A stretch of 64,000 nt of DNA from an uncultured Candidatus Saccharibacteria bacterium (GCA_964368835.1 CAYJCZ010000003.1:153-64152), one strand, 5' to 3'; positions 27,420-37,894 are shown, counted from the first letter of the stretch. Program-made: numbers and translations. Notes: generated by a model not told the origin, from the letters alone.

Positions 27420-29303
27420 ATGAATCTGATTAAGGCCATACCTATAGCACGAGGCGTAGGAGCAGAGATGCTCTCCTATTGGAGTTCTGTTGTGGCACAA
27501 CCAGGATCAGTGATCAGGGTCCCGCTCAGAAAAAGAACTATCGGGGCCGTTGTCCTATCCTGTGAATCTGTTGCTGATTCAAAAGCAGAAATAAAATCTC
27601 TCGACTTTGAAATAAAGAAAATTTCTAACCCTCACGTAAAAGCACTTTTCTCTCCGAATTTCTTTAAAGTGACCGAGGAGATTGCTCGATATTACGCATG
27701 TACAGTCGGAAGTGCACTCTTTGAGCTTGTCCCAAACATAATTCTCACTGATTACGAAGATATTGATCCTGCCCGCGAAATCACTCCACGGAAAAAGCCT
27801 CGCGAATCATTTGCCCTCCAAAAAAGTGATGATGACCGATACGGTCACTATAAGAGCCTCATCCGAGAAAGATTTGCTCGCAAGGAGTCTGTATTTATGA
27901 TGATGCCAACTGTTGAAGATATTAAAAAGGCGTGTGCGTATTTTGAAAAAGGAATAGAACCGTATACATACATTCTCCATGGTGGGCTTTCAAAAAGCGA
28001 AATCGTGCGAATGTGGAATGCCGCTCTCAAAGACACTCATCCCGTAATCATTGTGGCGACAGGCTCATTCCTTTCACTTCCTCGACCTGATATCGGACTT
28101 ATTATTGTTGAAAGGGAAAATTCACGAAGCTATAAAGTTCAATCTCGACCATTTCTTGATATGCGCAATGTAGCTGAAAAGCTCGCTATTCATACCGGCG
28201 CAGACCTGATCCTTGGTGATTCTTGCTTGCGAGTTGAAACACTGTGGCGTGAAGATGAAGGTGAGCTTGTTGATTACGCCCCCCTTGCCATGAGGTCACT
28301 CTCGACCGCCAGAGACACTCTTGTCGATATGAAGAAATATAAGAATGCTCAACACAACATCAGGATACTTTCTGATGAGCTCTTGCAGCTTGTACAAAAA
28401 AATCGAGAAGAAAGTGGACTCATGTTTATTTTTGCGGGACGCAAAGGACTTTCACCTCAGACGATTTGTGCTGACTGCGAGACCACACTTACCTGCAATC
28501 GATGTAGTGCACCACTTGTTCTTCACGGTAAAGATGAACGCAGATTCTATCTATGTAATAGATGCGGAAAGAGATTTGATTCGCATACGGTTTGCCGCAC
28601 CTGCAATAGTTGGCGCCTTACAACACTCGGCATCGGTACAGAGAAAATCGAAGGTGATCTAAGAGAGATACTTCCTGATGCTACAATTTTCCGCCTTGAT
28701 AAGCTTTCTGCGCCCACACATAAAAAGGCGCTCGAGATAGTAGAAAAGTGGTATTCCTCTCCAGGAAGCATTCTCGTTGGCACAGAATTGGCCCTTCTTT
28801 ATCTTGATAAGCCAATTGAATACAGTGCGATTGGTACTCTCGATGCCCTCTTTTCAATTCCCGACTTTCGAATCAACGAAAAAATATTTACCATCGTTAC
28901 AAAGCTCCGTTCGATAACTCAAAAACACTTCTTGCTTCAAACAAGGAATGCAGATGCGCCGGTACTTTCACTGGGTGCAAAAGGAAACATAATCGACTTT
29001 TATCGAAAAGAAATTGAAGAAAGAAAACAATTTGGATTCCCTCCATTTTGTACGTTTATTAAAATTTCCTATGTCGGCAAAAAGGAAACCGTACTCGAAT
29101 CAATGGAAAACCTTAAAGTACTCCTTGCTGGTTGGCACATAGATATTTTCCCTGCCTTTATTGCAACAATTGATGGCGAATATGTTATGCACGCGCTTCT
29201 AAAACTAGGTGAACGAGAGTGGCCCAACACCGAACTCATCGATCGACTTAAATCACTTCCTCCAAGCTACGCTGTAAACGTTGACCCTGAATCAATACTC
29301 TAA
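27420..29303 (+). CDS. priA: Primosomal protein N-prime (PriA) homolog with degenerate ATPase motifs
   Basis: PriA N-terminal 3-prime-DNA-binding region and Cys-rich zinc-binding region (CADCETTLTCNRCS...CNRCG...CRTCNS). The Walker A position reads KSDDDRYGHY instead of GxxGSGKT. The Walker B position reads IVERENS instead of DEEH. Confidence 0.75.
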   Translation: MNLIKAIPIARGVGAEMLSYWSSVVAQPGSVIRVPLRKRTIGAVVLSCESVADSKAEIKSLDFEIKKISNPHVKALFSPNFFKVTEEIARYYACTVGSALFELVPNIILTDYEDIDPAREITPRKKPRESFALQKSDDDRYGHYKSLIRERFARKESVFMMMPTVEDIKKACAYFEKGIEPYTYILHGGLSKSEIVRMWNAALKDTHPVIIVATGSFLSLPRPDIGLIIVERENSRSYKVQSRPFLDMRNVAEKLAIHTGADLILGDSCLRVETLWREDEGELVDYAPLAMRSLSTARDTLVDMKKYKNAQHNIRILSDELLQLVQKNREESGLMFIFAGRKGLSPQTICADCETTLTCNRCSAPLVLHGKDERRFYLCNRCGKRFDSHTVCRTCNSWRLTTLGIGTEKIEGDLREILPDATIFRLDKLSAPTHKKALEIVEKWYSSPGSILVGTELALLYLDKPIEYSAIGTLDALFSIPDFRINEKIFTIVTKLRSITQKHFLLQTRNADAPVLSLGAKGNIIDFYRKEIEERKQFGFPPFCTFIKISYVGKKETVLESMENLKVLLAGWHIDIFPAFIATIDGEYVMHALLKLGEREWPNTELIDRLKSLPPSYAVNVDPESIL

Positions 29304-29351
29304 AGTTATTAATTTTGCCTTTTTGAGCTTTTTCTATAGACTTAGGAAGCA

Positions 29352-29873
29352 ATGGTATCAATCGTTCAAAAAGACAGCCCTGTACTGCGCCAAATCGCAA
29401 AACCTGTATCAAAAACAGATTTCGGTAGCAAAAAGCTTGCAAAGATCTTGCAAGATATGAAAACTGCCCTCGACTCACAAAGTGATGGAGTCGCTCTAGC
29501 TGCCCCACAAATCGATATAAGCCTTCGTATCTTTATCGTTTCAGGAAGAGTGTTTGAGATACTTAATGCAGATGAAAAGGAACAGAAAGTCTATCCAGAC
29601 ATGGTTTTTATAAATCCCACAATCCTCAAACTATCAAAAGAGCGCGACAATCTTGAAGAAGGCTGCTTGTCGGTACGCTATATGTACGGAAAAATTTCTC
29701 GAGCAAAGAAAGCAAAAGTCCAAGCGTATGACGAAAATGGTAAGGCCTTTGAAGTCGGAGGTACAGGACTTCTTGCTCAAATTTTTCAGCACGAAATCGA
29801 TCATCTCGACGGTAAGCTTTTCATAGACGAAGCAACGGAACTCGAGGATCTTCCTCCAAAAGAAACACTCTAA
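29352..29873 (+). CDS. def: Peptide deformylase
   Basis: GVALAAPQ, EGCLS and QHEIDHLDG motifs. Confidence 0.9.
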   Translation: MVSIVQKDSPVLRQIAKPVSKTDFGSKKLAKILQDMKTALDSQSDGVALAAPQIDISLRIFIVSGRVFEILNADEKEQKVYPDMVFINPTILKLSKERDNLEEGCLSVRYMYGKISRAKKAKVQAYDENGKAFEVGGTGLLAQIFQHEIDHLDGKLFIDEATELEDLPPKETL

Positions 29874-30739
29874 TGCCAACTACACAAAATTCCTCCCTCA
29901 ACATCGCCTTTTTTGGAACACCTGATCGAGCGGTGTATGTTTTAGATGAGCTTAAAGCGGCAGGAATCATGCCTCGACTCATAGTCACACAGCCTGATAG
30001 ACCTCAAGGCAGAAAACTTGTTGTCACAGCACCCGCAGCAAAAGTGTGGGCGCAAAAAGAGAATGCGACCGTTCTTCAGCCTGAAAATGTTTTAGATTCT
30101 GAATTCGTTTCAACACTCAAAAAAGGAAATTTTGATGCATTTGTTGTCGTAGCGTATGGAAAAATTCTTCCTCAGGCAATCCTCAGCATTCCAAAGCACG
30201 GAGCCCTCAACCTTCACGCTTCGCTTCTGCCGCTTTTACGAGGTTCATGCCCTATCGAAACTGCAATCCTAACTGACGCAAAGGAAACCGGCGTCACGAT
30301 TATACACATGGATGAAAAAATGGATCACGGTCCGATCATCGCCTCAAAAAAGATCACACCTTCCAGCTGGCCAATCCCTGCAGATGACCTTGCAATGCAA
30401 CTTGTTAAAGAAGGAGGTAAACTTTTTACTGAAATACTTCCCCAGTGGGTTGAAGGAAAAATTAAAGCTATTGAACAAGATCATACACAAGCAACCTACA
30501 CCAAAAAGATCGTCAAAGAAGACGGTGAGCTCAATCTTTCAGATGACAATTACAAAAACTTCCTAAAATACAATGCGTATAAGGGCTGGCCGGGAACTTT
30601 CTTCTTTAAGGATATTCAAGGAAAAAAGACTCGAGTAACTATTACAGACGCAGCATACCAAGATGGCATATTTACCATCAACAAAGTCATACCTGAAGGT
30701 AAAAAGGAAATACTGTGGAAAGACTTTGTATCGAAGTAA
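29873..30739 (+). CDS. fmt: Methionyl-tRNA formyltransferase
   Basis: IAFFGTPD..., HASLLP, C-terminal domain. Forms a def-fmt operon with the def stop overlapping the fmt start. Confidence 0.9.
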   Translation: MPTTQNSSLNIAFFGTPDRAVYVLDELKAAGIMPRLIVTQPDRPQGRKLVVTAPAAKVWAQKENATVLQPENVLDSEFVSTLKKGNFDAFVVVAYGKILPQAILSIPKHGALNLHASLLPLLRGSCPIETAILTDAKETGVTIIHMDEKMDHGPIIASKKITPSSWPIPADDLAMQLVKEGGKLFTEILPQWVEGKIKAIEQDHTQATYTKKIVKEDGELNLSDDNYKNFLKYNAYKGWPGTFFFKDIQGKKTRVTITDAAYQDGIFTINKVIPEGKKEILWKDFVSK

Positions 30740-30907
30740 TTACTCTAAACTGTCTGCGTACTCTACAGATGCGGTGATATCTTCTTTTGGACTGAGCGCC
30801 TCACCGTTCTTGAATGCAATCGTAACCACATACGAAAGACTCCCAACAAAAAGCACACAGGCGGCTACAAACGTTACTATTTGTTTGTGAAAATTCTCAG
30901 GCGGCAT
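30740..30907 (-). CDS. Possible small single-TM protein (55 aa). Below the ORF-track size cut-off.
   Basis: ATG at 30907, MPPENFHKQIVTFVAACVLFVGSLSYVVTIAF..., stop at 30740. Directly downstream of hpf. Confidence 0.25.
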   Translation of the reverse strand: MPPENFHKQIVTFVAACVLFVGSLSYVVTIAFKNGEALSPKEDITASVEYADSLE

Positions 30908-30911
30908 ATAT

Positions 30912-31292
30912 CTATCCTCTTTTCCTCCAAGGCAAACCCTTGAGCATATTTTTAAGCTTGAGTCCTGACCGCCTTACAAAATCAATCTTTTTTGCTTTCT
31001 TTGAGCGCAAAGTTTCTACCGCTTCATCTTTTACCTCAATCATTGCCGCATAAAGATCTTCTTTCTCAGATTCAACTCGAATACTTCCTACTCGTGAATG
31101 AAAATTGATTTCCGCTCGAAATATATCGCCCGATCGATGATGATTAGTAGTTTTTGATACTTCAATTTCAGCAATTGCACTTGTATCTGTTGGATCAACA
31201 TACTTATTAAGCGCATCGATTATCTTGTCTGCTGCTGCATCAATCGCTGGAGTAAGTTCTAGACCTGTCCCTTTTACGATTTTTTTAACCAT
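30912..31292 (-). CDS. hpf: Ribosome hibernation promoting factor / RaiA family
   Basis: MVKKIVKGTGLELTPAIDAAADKI...EDLYAAMIEVKDEAVETLRSKK matches the HPF fold pattern. Confidence 0.7.
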   Translation of the reverse strand: MVKKIVKGTGLELTPAIDAAADKIIDALNKYVDPTDTSAIAEIEVSKTTNHHRSGDIFRAEINFHSRVGSIRVESEKEDLYAAMIEVKDEAVETLRSKKAKKIDFVRRSGLKLKNMLKGLPWRKRG

Positions 31293-31591
31293 GGTGAAAG
31301 TCTTGGGGTTATCGCTTATATCTACATATCTATTATAGCTTAAAGAAAAGATAAACTCGCACATATTATGCTATGCCGTTTGGTCAAATATAGTTGCAAC
31401 ACACATATAAAAAAGCGCTATCCACAATCCAAATAGCACAATAAAATGATTCACCTAACAATTAGTAATGTTCCAAAATAGGCCTTGTTTATGGCATCTT
31501 GCCGAAAAAAATAATGTAATGTATAGTTATTTTTAACTATAACTCAGCGAACCTGAGCTCATAGGCAAACTTATACGATTATATAGACACC

Positions 31592-34294
31592 ATGAATAAG
31601 AGAGTACCGAAAATTATTGCTTCGATCGTTGTTTCTGTTTCAGGATTGGCCCTCATAGCTACCTTCATGCCACACACCGCTGAAGCAACTAGCGTTCAGA
31701 ACAAAGCACTGATAGTTGCAACTAAAATTGTTTGCCCTGAAGAAATGGATTTGCCTAACTGGGGCGCTGGAATTCCAGCAAACATTACAAGCACGACAGC
31801 AACGGAGTATGTTGCAGCACACCCTACTTGCAGCATTGTTCCAGACTGGCAGTTTGAGTGGGGACCATCTTGGGCTACTGATGGAGGCCCAGCTACAATC
31901 GGTCATGCTGATGGTTATACTCTCTTTTCTTCAAATGGTACCGCAGAGATCTCAGCTGATGGTATAAACGAACGAATTTGGGTTCGAGAACTCCTTAAAG
32001 AGGGATATCTCCCTTTTAGCGGTCTTAATACTACCGAGCATGTATCCGCTGAGCTCTACTGTCATGACGACGGACTCAATTATGACAACTATGACTATGT
32101 TCTCAACCCACAGGCTGGTCACACATATTACTGTGTTGCATGGAATACTCCTTCGGAAACTCCAGAAATACCTGAAATTGTTAACACATGTCCCCTTCCA
32201 GATGCTATTGGCGACACAACCGCTCAAACCCTAGGCACTTCTTATGGATCAGAGCCTACGGTTCAAATGATTCTAAACGGATCTGGTTACGCCTCAGTTA
32301 ATGCAGTAAACGATCAGAAAGAATACCAAGTCTGGAATGTTAGTGGCGGACAAAATGTTGTTATAGATCCAAAGTTTCTCAATAAGTACTCTGGAAACAC
32401 CATCGTGTTTGGTTACTACACCAACGGTGACATCAATACATTTAATCCAATCTTTAAGAATGGATATGTCCCAGGATTTGAATCAACCTTAGAAGGAAAT
32501 GTTGGAACGATTTATTCCCTATCAACCGTCTCTGCAAACACACTCGGTTTTGCTATCAAGGCATATGATGGCTCAAGTGTAGTTACACGAACCAGCCAGA
32601 ACGCGCTTAACGTAAACGGTAACGATCAGACATTGGTCTATAACCCATCATCAAATGAGTACATACTCGCTTTTGAGGACCTTATCGATGGAGATAATGA
32701 CTATAACGACATCGTTGTTGGAGTAAAACTCTCATGCGAAGCAACCCAGCCTCAGAACCCACAGTACTGCTCAATTTACAGCAACACTGATACAAAGGTT
32801 ATTGAAGTAAAGATTGGTGAAAATGCCCCAATCGCTATGAACATTCCTTCATTTGTTGTTTCTCCAACAGCTATCACAACTCAGTTTTGGACTGCCGACG
32901 TAGATGGTACGAATACGGATTCACAGTGGATATGGTCAGAGGATCCAGTTACAGATTGGACTGTAGATAAACTTGTTACCTTTACCCGAAATTTCACAGT
33001 TACTGATATTGGTACCAGCGCATCACTTACAGTAGCAAGCGACAATACATACGCAGTTTATCTCGACAATACACTTGTAGGATTCAGCAATTCTCCTTCA
33101 TTTAACAGTGTTGCTGGTGATACATTCACAATCCCTTCTATTTCAACCGGTGAACATACCTTGAAATTCATTGTGAAGAACCAAGCTCAGGCCGGTGATG
33201 CACTCAACAATCCTGGTGGACTTATCTTCCGCCTCGCTCTTACTAACGCATCATGTACAAATGGTGGAGGAAATGGTGGCGACAATAATCAGGCGCCAGT
33301 TATCACTCTCCTAGGAGACACTTCTGTCACTCTTACTATTGGCCAGGCATTCATTGACCCAGGCGCAAGAGCATCAGACGCAGAAGACTTTGCTGGATTC
33401 CGTACATACCCTGCAGATACAACAGGATTTACCGTTGTAGGCCTTCCACCAGCAGGAACGCTTACCGCTTCAACGACATATACAATTACTTACAAATTCA
33501 CAGACAGCCAAGGTGCTGATTCTGGAACGGTCACACGAACAGTCTATGTAGTTCCTGGAACAACACAGTGTTCTGACGCTATCGACAATGATGAGGACGG
33601 CTTTACAGATGCTACTGATCCTGGTTGCCATACTGACGGAAATAACGGAAACGCTGGCTCATACGATTCTAATGACAATGATGAAAACACCGGTAGTGGC
33701 GAGCCAACAGATGTTTGTCCTGATGTAGAAGGAACACAGACTTCAACTGAAGAGTGTGACAATGACAACGGTGGTGGCGGTGGAAATGGTGATGTATGCC
33801 CAGATATGGAAGGTGTACAAACCTCTACTGAAGAGTGTGATGGTATGGGTGGTGGCGACGGCATTATCCCAGAGCCAACCGGTGGCCGAAGCGGAGGCAG
33901 AAGCGGTTCACGAGGAGGAGGATTCTCTGGAAACGGAATTGTCTTGGGTGCTTCTACCGGATGCGGCATTTACCTTAACGACTACATCCAGTTCGGCGCA
34001 CAGAATGATCCAGAAGAAGTTAACAAGCTTCAAAGCTTCCTAAACGAACTTCTCGGACTTGGTCTTAAGATAAATGGAATCTATGACGCTCAGACGCTTG
34101 CAGCAGTCAACGCGTTCCAACTCAAGTACAAGGAAGAGATTCTTACCCCATGGGTTGAAATCGGACTTCATACAAGCTCAGATGTACCTACAGGATACGT
34201 ATATCGAACAACACAGCGAAAGATAAATGATATTTACTGTAAGGAACTTAATCTCCCTATTCCCGATCTCAGCAATGAAGTCAGCAGACAGTAA
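31592..34294 (+). CDS. Secreted 900-aa surface protein: DUF4114-like, DUF5011 Ig-like, Asp/Gly-rich linker, C-terminal peptidoglycan-binding domain
   Basis: Signal peptide. AFEDLIDGDNDYNDIVVGVK is the DUF4114 signature. APVITLLGDTSVTLTIGQAFIDPGARASDAEDF is DUF5011-like. C-terminal LQSFLNELLGLGLKINGIYDAQTLAAVNAFQLKY is PG_binding_1-like. Confidence 0.7.
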   Translation: MNKRVPKIIASIVVSVSGLALIATFMPHTAEATSVQNKALIVATKIVCPEEMDLPNWGAGIPANITSTTATEYVAAHPTCSIVPDWQFEWGPSWATDGGPATIGHADGYTLFSSNGTAEISADGINERIWVRELLKEGYLPFSGLNTTEHVSAELYCHDDGLNYDNYDYVLNPQAGHTYYCVAWNTPSETPEIPEIVNTCPLPDAIGDTTAQTLGTSYGSEPTVQMILNGSGYASVNAVNDQKEYQVWNVSGGQNVVIDPKFLNKYSGNTIVFGYYTNGDINTFNPIFKNGYVPGFESTLEGNVGTIYSLSTVSANTLGFAIKAYDGSSVVTRTSQNALNVNGNDQTLVYNPSSNEYILAFEDLIDGDNDYNDIVVGVKLSCEATQPQNPQYCSIYSNTDTKVIEVKIGENAPIAMNIPSFVVSPTAITTQFWTADVDGTNTDSQWIWSEDPVTDWTVDKLVTFTRNFTVTDIGTSASLTVASDNTYAVYLDNTLVGFSNSPSFNSVAGDTFTIPSISTGEHTLKFIVKNQAQAGDALNNPGGLIFRLALTNASCTNGGGNGGDNNQAPVITLLGDTSVTLTIGQAFIDPGARASDAEDFAGFRTYPADTTGFTVVGLPPAGTLTASTTYTITYKFTDSQGADSGTVTRTVYVVPGTTQCSDAIDNDEDGFTDATDPGCHTDGNNGNAGSYDSNDNDENTGSGEPTDVCPDVEGTQTSTEECDNDNGGGGGNGDVCPDMEGVQTSTEECDGMGGGDGIIPEPTGGRSGGRSGSRGGGFSGNGIVLGASTGCGIYLNDYIQFGAQNDPEEVNKLQSFLNELLGLGLKINGIYDAQTLAAVNAFQLKYKEEILTPWVEIGLHTSSDVPTGYVYRTTQRKINDIYCKELNLPIPDLSNEVSRQ

Positions 34295-34311
34295 AAAGAA
34301 CTAAAGTCAGT

Positions 34312-34340
34312 AGAAAAACCGCTTCATAGAGCGGTTTTTC
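34312..34340 (+). terminator. Rho-independent terminator
   Basis: AACCGCT-tcatag-AGCGGTT followed by TTTTTCG. Confidence 0.55.
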
Positions 34341-34393
34341 GTTATATTGACGAATCCTGATTTATACAGTACGATTGACTCAACATCTATTCC

Positions 34394-35452
34394 ATGTTGA
34401 AGCGCTATCTCATTCCCCACGAAGGAAATTCATATCACCCTCATTTTTTTCGTAACACCGTTGTCGGTTTTATCATTGCCCTTGTACTCATTTTTCTCGG
34501 GCTTTCATTTGCTGTATCGTTACGAATAACTGAGAATAAAAACTTTCTTGGTGCAATTTACGCAACAGCACTTGTAGACCTTACAAACAAAGATCGTGCT
34601 AATTTGGCCCTCCCTACTCTTACTATAAGTGAAACTCTCACACTTGCCGCTCAACTCAAGGCTGATGACATGGTTCAAAATGGATATTTTGCTCACAACA
34701 GTCCTGATGGCAAAACTCCATGGTTCTGGATTCTTAAATCTGGATACAAATTCGTGTACGCGGGTGAGAACTTGGCTGTAAATTTCACAGAATCAGAACA
34801 AGTTGAAACTGCATGGATGGGATCACCAACTCACCGAGCAAACATTCTCAATAATAATTATTCTGAAGTTGGAATTGCCGTCCGAGAAGGCACGTTTGAA
34901 GGTAGAAATGCTACGTTCGTTGTCCAAATGTTTGGAAAGCCAACAAAGACCAAAACTGCCTTTAATAGCCCTTCTCCAGTCAAAGCAACAACTTCACCAG
35001 CAATTGCTCAAATAGCATCCACAACGGCTTCTACGAGCCCACAAAGCCCTGTAATAGCGAGCTCAGCACCTCTCCAGCCTGAAGTTAAAGGTATTGAAAT
35101 AACATCAGAACAAATCGACGTTCCAACTCAGAGCCTCTTTATTGCAGTAAAGGATTCAGAAGCAGAAACAGCATCTGTAACTGAGGTTACCCCTGATAAA
35201 ACCAATGCGGTAAAAGCTCCAGCAAATTCACTTGAGCGAGCAGTTCTACGCTTCCCAATCGCTCTTAATGGCGCATACGGAGTGCTTGCAATGCTTGTAA
35301 CCATAGGACTCATACTTCTTCTTGCTGTTGAGTTGAAGCACCGAAAACCAAAACTTATCTTGATGGCAATTATGCTTCTTGCACTTCTATCAAGCGCAAT
35401 CTTCATCAACAGCTCTACAGCAATGTACGCTCTTACAGCGATGGTTCAGTAA
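34394..35452 (+). CDS. CAP/SCP-domain protein (YkwD-like) with N- and C-terminal TM anchors
   Basis: LVDLTNKDRANLALPTL...GYFAHNSPDGKTPWFWI...GENLA...AWMGSPTHRANIL is a CAP domain. A Ser/Thr/Pro-rich linker follows. Confidence 0.7.
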   Translation: MLKRYLIPHEGNSYHPHFFRNTVVGFIIALVLIFLGLSFAVSLRITENKNFLGAIYATALVDLTNKDRANLALPTLTISETLTLAAQLKADDMVQNGYFAHNSPDGKTPWFWILKSGYKFVYAGENLAVNFTESEQVETAWMGSPTHRANILNNNYSEVGIAVREGTFEGRNATFVVQMFGKPTKTKTAFNSPSPVKATTSPAIAQIASTTASTSPQSPVIASSAPLQPEVKGIEITSEQIDVPTQSLFIAVKDSEAETASVTEVTPDKTNAVKAPANSLERAVLRFPIALNGAYGVLAMLVTIGLILLLAVELKHRKPKLILMAIMLLALLSSAIFINSSTAMYALTAMVQ

Positions 35453-35454
35453 TC

Positions 35455-36436
35455 TTAGAGTCTTCGAGAATCTACTTCTTTGTAAACCATTTTTGAGATA
35501 TCTTGAATGGTCTTTTCTAGATTTTCATACACGTTACCGTGGGTCATGATGCAAATGAGATACGGATTCTCTGGATAGTACACAATTCCACAATCATGGA
35601 GCTGGCGAGTGCTATCTTCGAGTAGGCGTTCACCAAATTTGTGAGCAACCTTAACCGAAGCAGGCACCCCCCACCACTAATCCATCCTTAAATTTTGACT
35701 CAGATAGCCACTGTAGAACTTTATTAGAATTCTCGGTACTCAAAAGGGACACATTATACAAACCCCTAAACATAGATCCGTAGCGCCTGACTGACACAAC
35801 TTTATCGAAAGGATCGTCAGGGGCCAAAATACCTAATTCAAGCATTGTCTCTCCTATGATGTCCTTTCTTCCCGTGCTCTCGAGCTGAGCTGCAAGTAAA
35901 TTGGAAGAATTGTTATCAGAATAACTTAGCATTCTTCGAAGTAAGTCTTCGATTGTATATGACTCACCTGGCTTAAGTGTTTCCTCAGGAATGATATTCT
36001 GCTCAAATTCTGGTGTAGTTGGAAGATAAAGCAAAGACTCACTAAGCATTTCTGAACCAAGTTCTTCTGATTCTTTTAAATATGTAAGAGCAAAAGGTAA
36101 CTTAAGGAGACTTGCAGGCGCAAAGTCATTAAACTCATTAATACCAAAAACAGGTCCGTTTACGAGATCTCTGTAGTACACAGCCACCTCCGTAATGCTG
36201 TCTTTTGCCTTTTGTTCATCAATATATTTCTCTATGCTATTTTGGAGCGAAGCATACCCTTTTTTATCGATTACCGGCTCCTCACCGCATGCGAAATCCC
36301 TATTGATGAGAGTAAATGTTGTTTTGCACCTATGATTCCCGAAATTTACAAAAGAAAAAATTAAGACGATAACTGCAAAAGATATACACGCGTAGTTTTT
36401 AACACTACCTTTGTTCTGTAACCGGTTTGTGTTCAC
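35455..36436 (-). pseudogene. Class A beta-lactamase-like serine hydrolase interrupted by a frameshift in a C/G homopolymer
   Basis: Two adjacent ORFs, 35651..36436 and 35455..35667, in different frames. They carry SxxK (ASLLK), SDN (YSDNN) and a K[ST]G-like motif (HKFGE). The frames switch at a 6-nt C run, read as G on the coding strand, at 35667-35672. Confidence 0.45.
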
Positions 36437-36481
36437 GGGAATATTGTATCGAGAATATAAGGGACGCGCAAAGGAATAACG

Positions 36482-36871
36482 CTATCTCCAAAGTGCCTTA
36501 TACTGCTCTCTGCTCTGCCAGAGAAAATATACATTGAGGAGCAAAAGTACATCCGCCATAATTGCCCCTGCCGTAAAGAGTCCTCCGTCTAAAAAGAGAT
36601 GGAACGCTACAATATTTATAACTATAGGCAATATAAGCAGCGCAACGATAGCCATACGATTCATGATGATAAGGACGATGCTTATGGCAAAGACAATCGC
36701 CATGATGTAGGTGATGTATCCGCTTTTCATAAGCATATCAATGAAGGCGAATGCTTCAGGAGTGCTATAAAGATCTGCAGTTGGTGCAGGAAAAACCCCA
36801 AGCGCACCCAAAATAGGACTTACCAATAAAAGACCGAGAACTACTCGAAAAACAATATTAAGAATTTTCAT
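36482..36871 (-). CDS. Integral membrane protein (4 TM)
   Basis: 129 aa, hydrophobic, ends ...QSREQYKALWR. Confidence 0.5.
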   Translation of the reverse strand: MKILNIVFRVVLGLLLVSPILGALGVFPAPTADLYSTPEAFAFIDMLMKSGYITYIMAIVFAISIVLIIMNRMAIVALLILPIVINIVAFHLFLDGGLFTAGAIMADVLLLLNVYFLWQSREQYKALWR

Positions 36872-36950
36872 GATTACAAATATATCATAAGTTTTTGACC
36901 GACCGTAAATGGAAAAACTCTATTGTTCAATAGAGACGCAAAGTTTACTG

Positions 36951-37136
36951 TTATTTCGTAGGTGCGGCATTAAACCTTGCCTTGTTTTCAGCCATCCACT
37001 TTTCCATATCTCCTTGTGGGTCATTCATTACTTCTGGATGAGCTTTCATATAATGTGGTTGAAGGGCTTTCATCCACTCTTCGAAAGTCTCGCCGCTGGC
37101 TGTCACTTCACACAAATCGCATTTAAGAGTTTTCAT
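36951..37136 (-). CDS. Small Cys/His-containing protein (DUF1059-like)
   Basis: MKTLKCDLCEVTASGETFEEWMKALQPHYMKAHPEV... fits the MKxxxCxxC...H...H pattern of small metal-binding proteins. Confidence 0.4.
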   Translation of the reverse strand: MKTLKCDLCEVTASGETFEEWMKALQPHYMKAHPEVMNDPQGDMEKWMAENKARFNAAPTK

Positions 37137-37206
37137 AATTTTATTTAAGATAATAAATAAAATATATCATGAATTTTGAAACATATTGAATTTTGCATAA
37201 AAGAAA

Positions 37207-37240
37207 ACCCACCATCTCGCGATAGTGGGTTATGCCATAA
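37207..37240 (-). terminator. Intrinsic terminator downstream of 37256..37636
   Basis: CCCAC...GTGGG stem, with a T-rich run on the minus strand. Confidence 0.45.
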
Positions 37241-37255
37241 GACCGAGAAGACGAA

Positions 37256-37636
37256 TCATGTCGTCAGAATAAATTGCGCCATAGTTCGTCCATAGGTGAC
37301 TGCTATCATTACCCGATCTACTTCATCATTTCTACCCGATACAAGACTAGTATGTAAAACTTCCTCGCTTGCATCATCAGGGTTTGAATCTTTGTTGATT
37401 GATTGAGTCACAAACACATCTCTATATCCCAACTGAAGAATATACTCAACGGCAAAAGTGGTAATTTTTCCTTTTGGAAGTTCCTGAGCAAGCTCGAACT
37501 TAATAACTTCCATTTCTGATTCTTTGCCTTGCTCACACCCGATCATTCTCAGCTGAGATTCTGTAAATGGAAGAGGTGTGCCGATACGAAATTGTTTGAG
37601 AAACTGAAGCAGGGTTTGATCTACGGGATCATTCAT
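37256..37636 (-). CDS. Hypothetical protein (126 aa)
   Basis: Complete ORF. No recognisable domain. Confidence 0.45.
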   Translation of the reverse strand: MNDPVDQTLLQFLKQFRIGTPLPFTESQLRMIGCEQGKESEMEVIKFELAQELPKGKITTFAVEYILQLGYRDVFVTQSINKDSNPDDASEEVLHTSLVSGRNDEVDRVMIAVTYGRTMAQFILTT

Positions 37637-37718
37637 AGTACTAAGTGTGTACGTGTCGATTGTTGAAATTAAAAAGAACGCTACATATCTATATCACGTT
37701 TATTTCATTCGTCAAGTG

Positions 37719-37790
37719 CTCCGGGAGAAGGGATCGAACCTTCGACCAATCGCTTAACAGGCGACTGCTCTACCGCTGAGCTATCCCGGA
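37719..37790 (-). tRNA. tRNA-Asn (anticodon GUU)
   Basis: On the minus strand: UCCGGGA acceptor, GCUCAGCGGUAGAGC D-arm, anticodon loop CUGUUAA, GGUUCGAUCC T-arm, acceptor 3-prime strand UCCCGGA. No encoded CCA. Confidence 0.85.
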
Positions 37791-37894
37791 ATGATTTTTC
37801 CTAACGAAAACAATAATAGCAGATTTTGGCTCAATGGCAACGTATTCCGAAAGGAAATGCGCATCTCGAACGTATAACCTATAATGGATATGTA

